64,000 bases of DNA from Octopus vulgaris (lineage: Eukaryota), in the NCBI GenBank assembly GCA_951406725.2, contig OX597818.1, positions 119,722,001-119,786,000 on the forward strand, written 5' to 3'. Within the stretch, counting starts at the first letter, position 1. Each line of letters begins with the position of its first letter. A model generated the notes under the pieces. The model saw nothing but the letters and a program-made list of their open reading frames with translations. It made no database searches and was not told the origin of the DNA. Made by a program: the position numbers and the translations under genes. Positions 41,603 through 53,472 of this stretch are shown here, piece by piece.

Positions 41603-41808
41603 ACATTTATCACAGTCATTCACCGTATATCTAAACCAGGGATCTCCAACCACCAGGCTGCGGATCAGTTTCGGACCAGTGACTATTTGGTATCAGTTTT
41701 TTTTATTACCCATGTGGTCCATCATTTTTAAATTGTTACACTTGATAATAACAGAGTCAATGGTATCTTCGCAAATTATTATTTCCTCGTGAATTATTAG
41801 CTCCGTAT

Positions 41809-41857
<49 letters not shown>

Positions 41858-41858
<1 letters not shown>

Positions 41859-42084
41859 CGGCGAGCTGGCAGAAACGTTAGCGCGCCGGACGAAATGCTT
41901 AGCGGTATTTCGTCTGTCGTTATGTTCTGAGTTCAAATTCCGCCGAGATCGACTTTGCCTTTCATCCTTTCAGGGTCGATGAATAAAGTACCAGTTTCGC
42001 ACTGGGGTCGATGTAATCGACTTAATCCCTTTGTCTGCCCTTGTTTGCCCTCTCTATGTTTAGCCCCTTGTGGGTAGTAAAGAA

Positions 42085-42085
<1 letters not shown>
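41858..42085 (+). mobile_element. SINE S1 monomer inserted in (TG)n
   Basis: Full head and body ending gtaaagaaat, with (TG)n on both sides. Confidence 0.92.
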
Positions 42086-42122
<37 letters not shown>

Positions 42123-42729
42123 CAAAATACACAGTTATATCTTGAGATTGGTAGTAATAACAATACTCAAAATATAATACAGACTGGAGTTGTAGGGCTC
42201 CAATGAGCTATATTCCATTTCTTAATTTGAGCGGGGTCAATGCGGACCGGAACTAAAGGAACATTACTAAAATCCACATTCAAAGATCAAATACATAGAT
42301 ATATTCATATATTCATTTATATATATCTACGGAACGGATATAAAATTCGACATATATAAATATAATAATATATATAAGTAGATAAAAATCATATAATATA
42401 GATAAATATATTCATTTATATAATTTTTTTTAAATATATTTATTTATATAATTATATTTATTTATATAATATATATATAAATATTTATTTATATAATTAT
42501 TTATTTATATAATTTAACGGCGGTGCATCAGCATGGCCGCAGCTCTGTGCTGAAACTGAAAAAAAAATTTAAGAATCAGTGTTACATACAAAACACAGTG
42601 AATTTACACTTAAAGTTATAAAACATTTGTATAATTAAAACTTTGGGATAATGAAACATAAAAAGGACATATCAAAATGCATTGAAATTCCAGAAAAAAT
42701 ACAGAAAAAAGCAAAATTACAAAATTGCT

Positions 42730-42811
42730 CATCTACGGGCTGTTTCGGTGACGCGCCAATTAACATGATACATTTCATATTTTCGAAACTGACAGTCACT
42801 TCATCAGGATG
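42730..42811 (-). ncRNA. Hammerhead-ribozyme-like motif (PLE-type)
   Basis: Minus strand: catc-CTGATGA-a-gtgac-(long loop)-gtcac-c-GAAA-cagcccgta-gatg. Stem I catc/gatg, stem II gtgac/gtcac. Confidence 0.6.
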
Positions 42812-43167
42812 TTTTTACACACAATACATAATACATGGAAACAAATATACAATTACATACCAGCCATATGCGGAAATGTATATATATATATCTTCTAAAT
42901 CCACTCACAGGACTTTGATCGGGCAGAGGGCTAAAGTTGAAGACATTTTCTCAAGATGCCACGCAGTAGCACTGAACCCAGAACCATATGGTTGGGAAGC
43001 AAGCTTCTTACCACACAGCCACGCCTGCGCCTAGAAACCACGCCTGCGCCTACAAGCCACGCCTGCGCCTTTATGCAAATATTGTAAATAACGTCATTTT
43101 GTGAAAAACTTAAGGTACGAAGATCTACATCTATTCTGTCAGTAGAGAACACGAACAGCAACAACGC

Positions 43168-43238
<71 letters not shown>

Positions 43239-43240
<2 letters not shown>

Positions 43241-43540
43241 CGGACATTGATGTGGTGAGTAAAAGAAAAAGAACTTGCATGATAATCGACGTAACATGTC
43301 CTGGTGACAACAGAATCAAAGAAAAAGAAGATAAAATGAACGACTATGACGATTTGAAGTGGGAAATAGGAAAGTTGTGGTCACTGAGGAGAGTAGACGT
43401 GATACCAATGATAATTGGTGCATTTGGAAGTATCAGCACTCAACTACCAACATGGCTCGAAAAAGATTGGTACATATGTAAAGATACAACACCTACAAAA
43501 ATCAACATTGCTTGAAACTGCAAGAATTCTTCGCAGGTGT
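43239..43540 (+). mobile_element. R4/Dong-like LINE REL-domain fragment, family D
   Basis: PDIDVVSKRKRTCMIIDVTCPGDNRIKEKED...IPMIIGAFG...LQKSTLLETARILRR. Preceded by (AAT)n at 43168-43238. Confidence 0.88.
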
Positions 43541-43544
43541 ATTA

Positions 43545-44470
43545 ATTTGACGCTCGGGAAAGTAAGAAAGTCTTTTATGTTTCGAGCCTACGCTCTTCAA
43601 CAGAAAATAATAAAAGAAAATAAACAGACAAAGAATAAAAAACTTGTGAATTTAGCGATCAAGCATGACGGCTGGTTGGGAAAAATGACTTGATAGGAGA
43701 GGTAGAAAGAGGGGAGATAATAAAGTATTGGTGATCCCAAAACGAAGGTGCACGTGCATGTGTGTATGTGAGAAAGTTTAAGTGTGTGTGCATAGGAGCT
43801 AGTGACTTTGTTTAGTGTGTGTGCATCTATATTTTTTGGGCGTGCGGATGGTGGTCTGTGGGTGTGCAGATGATGGAGTGTGGGTGTGCAGATGATGGCG
43901 TGTGGTGTGGGTGCTAGGAAGTAGTCAGTGCTAGTGTGTGTGGCGTTGTGTGGGTGATGAGGGGTGGTGTAATGTGGTGTGGTGGTGTGGTATGTGGGAG
44001 TGGGGTGTGAGGGTGAGGGAGGTGGGTATCAATGAAGAGAGAAGGTGGATAGGAGTGAAGAGAGGAAGTTGGTGTCAGAGCAAGAGAGGATAGGAAAGAT
44101 GGGTAGGAGTGAAGAGAGGAAGTAGGTGTCAGATGAAGAGAGGAAAGGAGGAGAGTCCATATGGCGCAAAGGAGCGAAGAAAGAAGAATAATTCCTGTTC
44201 ACGGTGAAGGCGAGAATCCGGATGGCAAAGACAATCCGGACACAAAGACAATCCAAATAGGTGTTGTAGTGTGCAACAAGTAGAGCGGAAATGGCGCGAG
44301 ACCGGGGTGTCATTGCCGAGTCTGATGTCGCGGAAGTGCTCCGCGAACCGGTCAGCCAAGCGGCATCCCGTTTGACCGATGTTCAGAGAAGGGCAGGATG
44401 GAAGGATTGGGCAAAAGAGAGGAAGGAGTCTAGTTGGTCACGGGAGAGTGAGGTCGCGCGCCGATACAGT
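43545..44470 (-). mobile_element. Penelope-like element 3' part: GIY-YIG endonuclease fragment + pLTR
   Basis: Minus strand IGQTGCRLADRFAEHFRDIRLGNDTPVSRHF...RLHREQELFFFLRSFAPYGL (44380 to 44130), typical of PLE GIY-YIG. Hammerhead-like motif at 43573-43607. Confidence 0.88.
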
Positions 44471-44653
44471 CATCAATATAACGACCGTATAGGTCGGGAG
44501 TGGAGCCAGTGAATCGTGAGAATATTTGGGCCTCAACGTAACCAACGAATAGGTTCGCATAGTTGGGGTCCATTCTGGTTATACATATATATATATACAT
44601 ATATATATATGCTTATACACATATAAATGTGCATATATATATATACATATATA

Positions 44654-46279
44654 CAGTGGCGGTCAAAATGTTCAGAACAGCATTGTTTTCGTCAGAAAAG
44701 TAGATATAATTTTTTATCAAAGTTGTTTTATATTCTATAATTTTCACAGACAATAAATAAGATATTATTTGTTATTGCCTGAGATTTTGGTGCAATTTGA
44801 GAGGATAATACAAAAGTTATGGATGATTTAGTGATTTACTGCAAAACCCATGGCGGCCAAAATGATCAGAACGGTTGCTTTTACTCCGTGTTTTAGTATA
44901 TTTAACCGGCGAACTCTAATGTTTTGAATTTGTTTACGTGACGGTTCGTTTACTAAACATTAGTAAGAATATTTGCAGTGTACTTTGTTTATATAATGCC
45001 ACTTACTCCGCTACCAATTCGTCAGCAGATTATTAAGCTTCGAAGGAAGGATAATTTAAGTATTGGATCTATTGCAAAGATTATTAACAAGTCAAAAAGT
45101 GTTGTTCACGGTATTCTTAAGGTCTACGATGATTGTGGTTCATGTGAAGCATGAAAGTTTACAGGTAGGCCAAGAAAAACGACCAAGAGAGAAGATCGTG
45201 CTATGGTAAAGTTGGTCAAATAGGACATTTTTAAAACTGCTGCTGCTGTTTCTCGGAAAATGAGCATTGTATTGAAGAAAACTTTATCTCGAAAAACTGT
45301 GTCTCGTTTAGTTGAACATGACCTACAAGCAAGAACACCTACAGTGAAGCCACTGATCAGCTCCAAGAATAAAAAGTGTCGTCTTACCTTTTCAACCGAA
45401 CATGTGTTGTGGTCTCAAGAAAAATGGCAAACGGTGCATTTCAGTGATGAATCTAAGTTTATGTTATTTGGTTCAGATGGGAAAAGGTACGTTCGTCGAA
45501 AAGTAGGTGAAAAATTGTCGCCTAAAGGCCTTAAGACTAGTGTTAAATACGGTGGAGGAAGTGTCATGGTTTGGGGGATGATATCTGGAGATGGTGTGGG
45601 CCCTTTGGTGCAATTACATGGAAAGGTAAATGCAGGAGTTTATAAACAACTTGTAAAAGATCATGTCTTGCCTGTGCTGAGAAATTCAACTAAGCGACCA
45701 CCCATATTCATGCAGGACAATGCCCCATGTCACAAGGCTAAGGTGGTCATGAACTTCCTCAAGGCTGAAAAGGTTATTGTTATGGATTGGCCTGCTCAAA
45801 GCCCAGATCTCAATCCTATTGAAAATGTATGAAATAGTCTAGGAGAACGTTCGAAAGCCAGAAATCCTAAAACAACTGAGCATTTATGGAATGTCCTTCA
45901 GGAAGAATGGAATAAGATCACCCAGCAAGAAATTGAAAATTTAATTTCCTCATGCAGTCGAAGATGTCAGAGTGTGATTGAAGCTAAAGGGCTTCACACT
46001 AAATATTAAATAATTCCAGTATTCTCTGTCATTTTTGATTATTTTGTTATTTTTTCAACCGTTCTGATCATTTTGACCGCCATAGGTTTTGCAGTAAATC
46101 ACTAAATCATCCATAACTTTTGTATTATCCTCTCAAATTGCACCAAAATCTCAGACAATAACAATTAATATTGTATAATATTGTCTGTGAAAATTATAGA
46201 ATATAAAACTACTTTGATAAAAACTTATACTTACTTTTCTGACGAAAACAATGCCATTCTGAACATTTTGGCCGCAACC

Positions 46280-46280
<1 letters not shown>
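44654..46280 (+). mobile_element. Full-length Tc1-family DNA transposon, IR/DR type
   Basis: TIRs at 44654-44877 and 46056-46280, each with outer and inner direct repeats (ggcgg.caaaatg.tcagaac). TA on both flanks. 1627 bp. Confidence 0.96.
44996..46009 (+). pseudogene. Tc1 DD34E transposase, 337 codons, three in-frame stops
   Basis: MPLTPLPIRQQIIKL...GRPRKT...FSDESKF...VMVWG...MQDNAPCH...SPDLNPIEN...GLHTKY*. Stops at 45152, 45221 and 45830. No frameshift. Confidence 0.95.
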
Positions 46281-46320
<40 letters not shown>

Positions 46321-46413
46321 TGGGTACCTGTGACGATGTGTGCCCCGACATCCAAAACTCGGATTTTGATCATGGCTACCGAATAATTGTCACACACACA
46401 CACACACACACAC

Positions 46414-46455
<42 letters not shown>

Positions 46456-47189
46456 GCATACTTATATATACATATACATATATATGTGTATGTTTGTGTA
46501 CTTCAATATATAAATATGCGCATATATGTATATATGTGTATGTGTGTGTTTGTGTATTTATGTATGTATTTATTTATATATAAGTGCGTGTATATATGCG
46601 CATCTATGAGTATCTGTGTGTATGTGTGTGAGTGAGTGCCTGTGTCTGTGTCCAAGTTGTATATGTGTATATATATATATAAGTAGCTTCAAGCTTATTT
46701 ATCTTTGGAGACTTTCGCTTTTTAATCGATCTGCTAGACAATTATTCAAATACTGGTTTTGTTCTTGAGATAATCAAAAGAAAATAGTTGATGGAGATTT
46801 CATTTCCTGAATCAGCTACCAATATCAGCTTGGCAGGAGAAAAATATTCAGTTGCGATTGCCATCAAATGCAAGTACTATGACTATACACACACTTATTT
46901 ATATATACACACATGTATATATAGTATTGCGCTTATGTGTACATGTGTGTACGAATGTTACGTCTGATTGTGTGTGTGTGTGTGTGTGTATGTTAAGTGT
47001 GCATGTGTGTGAGTATATGTGTGTGTGTGTACTTCCTCTTTCCTGCTTGGTGACTTTGCTGTTGACGAAGCTGGCGGATGTGTTGATGGCGTTTCCTTGG
47101 ACATTAGCCGTCATCAAGCTACCATTTTTATAAACAGAAAATTGACATACACCTTCTAAAGAATCCTCTCACTTGCACATGCAAACACA

Positions 47190-47233
<44 letters not shown>

Positions 47234-47293
47234 TTATCATTTTTCAGAGGTGGGATGTCGTTTTTTAAGTGCTTATTTAATGTAATTTCGTTA

Positions 47294-47850
47294 CAACAGG
47301 TACGCCTAGATTAAACATATAAGTACGAGGCAATCCAGCATGTGCCCCATGCTTATACATTATAATTTCTCAAATCCACCGCGCAAGCGCAGTTTTTATC
47401 CGCAGTAAATAAAATAATACCGGCGTTACTTCGAAAATTTTCCAGAAAAAATTATCAATAATTAATAATATCAGGGTAACAAAAATTTTAGAAACCTCTA
47501 CTACCAGTGGCCTAGCGTGTAGAAAAATTAGTCAATAGACTATATATTATTCATATAAATACAGTGTACATTTAAGCACATAAGATTTATCCATCAGAAG
47601 ATTCATTGTACTTATATGTTTAATCTAGGTGTACCTGTTGATGAAGACTTCGCCTAGCAAATTATTTTGTTTGCTAATGAATGTCAGAAACCATGGTCCA
47701 GGAGATAGATGGTAAATGTTTTTATTTCTCATTCCCGTCGAGGTTTATCCCTAATAGTGGTTTGGATTTTGGCTATTCCTTCTAGCGTGCCAGGAATCTT
47801 ATGATAGATACCCCTTAAATGTCTAAATGTTCACTGTATTTATATGAATA

Positions 47851-47857
<7 letters not shown>
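47294..47857. repeat. Two interleaved inverted-repeat pairs
   Basis: Pair A 47294-47326 / 47608-47640. Pair B 47541-47574 / 47824-47857, extendable with divergence. Confidence 0.85.
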
Positions 47858-47940
<83 letters not shown>

Positions 47941-48504
47941 ATGTGTGTATGACATACACGTATATATGTATGCATCTATAAAACGTGTCAGACGAATGAG
48001 AGGTGTGCCTAATGCATTTTGTGGAAGATATGTTTATATACGCTTAATGCTTATCGCACAACTGAAGATTCACACCGCTTTAAAGATCGCCTAAACAGGG
48101 TGTGAAACTCCAGTGGCGAGATAAAAATCCACTTTCACTAGAATATTTCTATTGGTGTGAATGCGGGTGTGTGTGCGTAGGTGTGCATGTGAATGCACAT
48201 TTACACATAAGCACACACACACACAGAGTAGCAAAAACAACTGGTGGCACTCGAGAACCTATTACGTGAGAGCATTTTCTTTTTTACCTGACTTACCCAT
48301 CAACAAAATATTATCATATTTCCATATACTTTTCTTGTCATTTAAATGCATGACTGGAGCCCAATTTTCCCACGTTTTTATGAAATGTGAAACTTTTACG
48401 ATTGTTTTTATTGATAATTGTAATTTTGTAACTAAAGAAAATATTATCCTTATTTTTTTTATTTTATAGTGCTTCTTGTCATTCTAAATTCGTGAGCAAC
48501 ATAT

Positions 48505-48877
48505 CGCCGTCACGGCACTCCGTCGGTTACGACGATGAGGGTTCCAGTTGATCCGATCAATAGTGAAATTAACGTACAAGTGGCTGAGCACTCCACATAC
48601 ACATGTACTCTTAACGTAGTTCTCAGGGAGATTCAGTGTGACAGAATGTGACAAGGCTGGCCCTTTGAAATACATGTACAACAGAAACAGGAAGAAAGAA
48701 TGAGAGAAAGCTGTAGTAAAAGAGTACAGTGGGGTTCGCCACCACCCCTGCCGAAGCCTCGTGGAGCTTGGAGGAGTTTTCTTTCAATAAACACTAAAAA
48801 CGCCCGGTCTGGGAATCGAAGCCGCGATCCTATGACCGTGAGTCCGCTGCCCTAACCACTGGGCCATTGCGCCTCCA
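48505..48877 (-). mobile_element. SINE S3, full length, with 12-bp TSD
   Basis: tRNA-like head tggaggcgcaatggcccagtggttagggcagcgg. TSD tgagcaacatat at 48493-48504 and 48878-48889. Confidence 0.94.
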
Positions 48878-49096
48878 TGAGCAACATATAAAGCGTTTCT
48901 CACAGAAATGTCTTTTAATTCAGGACAGGCAATTTCTTATTCTGTAGTCTGCTACTGTGATGAAAAATATATTGGCTTGCCCATAACACGTGATCATGCA
49001 ACATAGCGCAAACTAAAAGAGAAACATGGACTTCTTAGTTCAATTCCAACAGTTCTGAAGCGTGTTGGTGGTCATAGAAAAAGATAATTCCCATTA

Positions 49097-49538
49097 AGGC
49101 GGTGAGCTAGTAGAAACGTTAGCACACCGGGCAAAATGCTTAGCGGTATTTCGTCTGCCGTTACGTTCTGAGCTCAAGTTCCGCCGAGGTCGACTTTGCC
49201 TTTCATCCTTTCAGGGTCGATAAATTAAGTACCAGTTACGCACTGGGGTCGATATAATTGACTTAATCCGTTTGTCTGTTCTTGTTTGTCCTCTCTGTGT
49301 TTAGCCCCTTGTGGGTAGTAAAGATATAGGTATTTCGTATGCCGTTACGTTCTGAGTTCAAATTCCGCCGAGGTTGACTTTGCCTTTCATCCTTTCGGGG
49401 TCGATAAATTAAGTACCAGTTACGCACTGGGGTCGATATAATCGACTTAATCCGTTTGTGTGTCCTTGTTTGTCATCTCTGTGTGTAGCCCCTTGTGAGT
49501 AATAAAGAAGTAGGTATTTCGTCTGCCATTACATTCTG
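49097..49538 (+). mobile_element. SINE S1 multimer (head + 2 units + start of third)
   Basis: ggtatttcg restarts at 49145, 49329 and 49513 (184-bp period). Confidence 0.93.
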
Positions 49539-50473
49539 GGTACTGTCTCGAAAGTAATGACAGCCTTTGAGAAAGAGGAAAAAACCTCCTCGTCGAAACA
49601 AAGCTCCGGAAGAAAACCAAAACTTTCAGATAGAGACCGTCGGAATCTTACGCGAATTGTTAGAATGGATCATAAAAGTTCAACTCCCAAAATTACGGCA
49701 GAGTTTAATGACCACCTCGAGGACCCAGTTTTCACAGAAACTGTTCGCCGGGAAACTGCACAAAGCCAGGTTTCACGGGAGAGCTGCAATCAGAAAATCA
49801 CTTCTTTCAAAAACAAACGTTGCAAAACGTTTAGAGTGGAGTAGAAACCTACAGAATTGGTCCCTGGAGCAGTGGAAGAATGTTATTTTCTCGGACGAGT
49901 CATCCTTTACCTTATTTCCGACCCCGGCCGAGTATACGTGTGGAGACAGCCAAAAAAGCATTGCAGCCAGTCTGCCTTCTTTCAACTGTTAAACATGGAG
50001 GAGGATCTGTGATGATCTGGGTGGGTGCTGTATCATGGAAATCTGCCGGCCCAATGGTTTCCCTTCATGGTAGAATTAATAGTCAAGACTATTTAAGCAT
50101 TTTATCAGATCAATTTTATCCTATGGTTGCGGAACTGTTTCCTGAGGGAAACGCAATCTTTCAGGATGATAATGCACCAATTCACACAGCTAAAGTTGTT
50201 ACTGAATGACACGATGAACGTTCTAGTGAAGTTGAACATCTTAGCTGCCCGTCACACTCCCCAAATCTCAATATTATTGAACATTTATGGTGCATTTTAG
50301 AAAAACAAGTAACGAGTCGATATCCTCCACCATCATCACTACATGAAACTGTTTTAGCTGAAGAATGGACAAAAATTCCTTTGGAAAGAATTCAAACTTT
50401 GTACGACTCTATACCTCATGGAATTCAAACTGTAATTACTACCGAAGGCGGTCCTAAATTTGTCCAACCCCTG
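49539..50473 (+). mobile_element. 5'-truncated Tc1-like transposon relic with DD36E spacing
   Basis: SGRKPKLSDRD, WKNVIFSDESSF, KHGGGSVMIW, FQDDNAPIH...SPNLNIIEHLW. Frameshifts present. Right end tttgtccaacccctg|TA. Confidence 0.92.
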
Positions 50474-50493
50474 TATGTATATACATATAAATA

Positions 50494-50564
<71 letters not shown>

Positions 50565-50565
<1 letters not shown>

Positions 50566-50758
50566 CATGATAGATCGATAGCCACTACACACATTTTTTC
50601 TCTCTTTGCTTCTCTCCTTGTTTCTTTCTGTGTTCCTTTCTGTGGAAGAGCGTAGGCTCGAAACATAAAAGACTTTTTTCAATTCCCAAGCGTTATACTA
50701 ACACATCTGTTTATTTTCTACACGACCTGTCTTCGTCTTTTGTTTTTTGTGAACTCTC
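50565..50758 (+). mobile_element. Penelope-like pLTR with hammerhead-like motif
   Basis: ctgtgga-a-gagc-gtag-gctc-gaaa-cat-aaaa at 50640-50670. Homologous to 7020-7120 and 43545-43670. (TA)n flanks. Confidence 0.78.
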
Positions 50759-50761
50759 TCG

Positions 50762-50804
<43 letters not shown>

Positions 50805-50805
<1 letters not shown>

Positions 50806-50924
50806 CGGGAAACTTTATGAAAATAAACAAAAGACGAAGGCAGGTGGAGTACAAACAAACAATAGTATTAGTATGGCGCTCAGGAATATAAATAAAACAA
50901 CTCTTTTACGTTTCGAGCCTACGC
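50805..50924 (-). mobile_element. Penelope-like pLTR 3' piece, inverted
   Basis: Minus strand cgtaggctcgaaacgtaaaagag...cacctgccttcgtcttttgtttattttcataaagtttcccgt. The same tail occurs at 2346-2383. Confidence 0.75.
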
Positions 50925-50950
50925 ATATATATATACATACATATATATAT

Positions 50951-50987
<37 letters not shown>

Positions 50988-51049
50988 CATACATACATAC
51001 ATATATATATATATATATTTACATACATATATATATATATATCTTTTAC

Positions 51050-51455
51050 TATTTTTACTTTTTTACTTGTTTCAGTCATTTGACTGCGGCCATGCTGGAG
51101 CACCGCCTTTAATCGAGCAACTCGACCCCGGGACTTATTCTTTTTGTAAGCCCAGTACTTATTCTATCTGTCTCTTTTGCCGAACCGCTAAGTAACGGAG
51201 ACATAAACACACCAGCATCGGTTGTCAAGCAATGCTAGGGGGACAAACACAGACACACAAACAAACACATACATATATATATATACATATATACGACAGG
51301 CTTCTTTCAGTTTCCGTCTACCAAATCCACTCACAAGGCATTGGTCGGCCCGGGGCTATAGCAGAAGACACTTGCCCAAGATGCCACGCAGTGGAACTGA
51401 ACCTGGAACCATGTGGTTGGTTAGCAAGCTATTACCACACACCCACTCCTGCGCC
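51050..51455 (-). mobile_element. SINE S2, full length
   Basis: Colinear with 15419-15819 and 21947-22362. Confidence 0.92.
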
Positions 51456-51512
<57 letters not shown>

Positions 51513-52095
51513 ACGTATGTTTGTTTTTTGTTTATAAGATTATTGATTACCGAATTCGTAAGAGGGCCGTATGAAATGAGTTACGCATTTGTTTTCGGCT
51601 CTCTATCATCTAAGTTCATATTTCGTGTAGATCAACTTTGCTTTTCGGTCTTTCAGAGTCTTAAATTACCACCCATTTCTTTGTACGGTCCTTCCCTTCG
51701 CTAACTACCACATCTTAAATGTTCTGTTAGATAAAGTGTGAGAAAGACCAGAGACTTTTTGTGTTTGGTCGCGACTACAAGGACATTTACACCAGTTATC
51801 GAAAGCGTGGTACAATAAAGCCATTCTCGATAGTGATTTATGGCTGTAAGTTTTAATTATATAAATATGTATGCACAAAATTAAACAGGTCTATGAATAA
51901 AATATGAGTCTTCCACCTCACCAGTATTGTCTGTGGACTTCTGTCCCGCTTTGACTCTACTATGAATACACAAACCACAACTTAATGAGAAAACATCTGT
52001 GTGGCCACCTGAGAAAAAACGTTAACTTAAAATCCGGGTGTTTTATGTTGTCCTCTGTGAACTTGTAGCAGAGTAAATATGACACTTCTGGTTAA

Positions 52096-52960
52096 GGCGA
52101 TAAACTGGCAGAATCGTTAGCACGAAGGGCAATGCTTAGCAGTATTTCGTCTGTCGTTACGTTCTGAGTTCAAATTCCGCCGAGGTCGACTTTGCCTTTC
52201 ATCCTTTCGGGGTCGATAAATTAAGTACCAGTTACGCACTGGGGTCGATGTAATCGACTTAATCCGTTTGTCTGTCCTTGTTTGTCCCATCTGTGTTTAG
52301 CCCATGATGGGTTGTAAATAAATAGGTATTTCGTCTGCCGCTACGTTCTGAGTTCAAATTCCGCCGAGGTCGATTTTGCCTTTCATGCTTTCGGGGTCGA
52401 TAAATTAAGTACCAGTTACGCACTGGGGTTGATGTAATCGACTTAATCTGTTTGTCTGTCCTTGTTTGTCCCCTCTGTATGTAGCCTCTTGTGGGCAATA
52501 AAGAAATAAGAATAGTTTCCACGCCAGGCAAAATGCTTAGCGGTAGTTCGTATGTTTTTACGTTCGATGTTCAAATTCCGAAGAGGTCGACTTTGCCTTT
52601 TATCATTTCGGAGTCGATAAAATAAGTACCAGTTAAAATAAGTACCAGTTAAAATAAGTACCAGTTAAAATAAGTACCAGATAAAATAAGTACCAGTTAA
52701 AATAAGAACCAGATAAAATAAGTACCAGTTATATAAGTACCACTATAGAATTGACTTTCTTCTTACCACGAAATTGCTGTTCTTGTGCCAAAATTTGAAC
52801 CAATATTAAATGCCGACAAAGGCTGCAAGCAGGGAGAACTATTATTACGCTAGACAAAATGCCGAGTCGAAATTCCGCTGATGTCGATTTTTGCCTTTCA
52901 ACCTTTCGGGATCGATTCAATAAATTACAGTTGAACACGGAGACCGATTTAATCAACTTT
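52096..52960 (+). mobile_element. SINE S1 multimer followed by diverged S1 copies
   Basis: Two young units (restart near 52325), then older units. Confidence 0.88.
52617..52741 (+). repeat. 16-bp minisatellite (taaaataagtaccagt) x about 8
   Basis: gtacc recurs at 52626, 52642, 52658, 52674, 52690 and onward. Confidence 0.93.
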
Positions 52961-52997
52961 CCCCCCTCTCCATCGAAATTGCTAGCCTTTTTTTTTA

Positions 52998-53472
<475 letters not shown>

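Noticed and set aside
48790-48877. tRNA gene
   Set aside because: The tRNA-like A/B boxes continue into a multi-copy SINE body with a TSD, and there is no proper acceptor stem or terminator.
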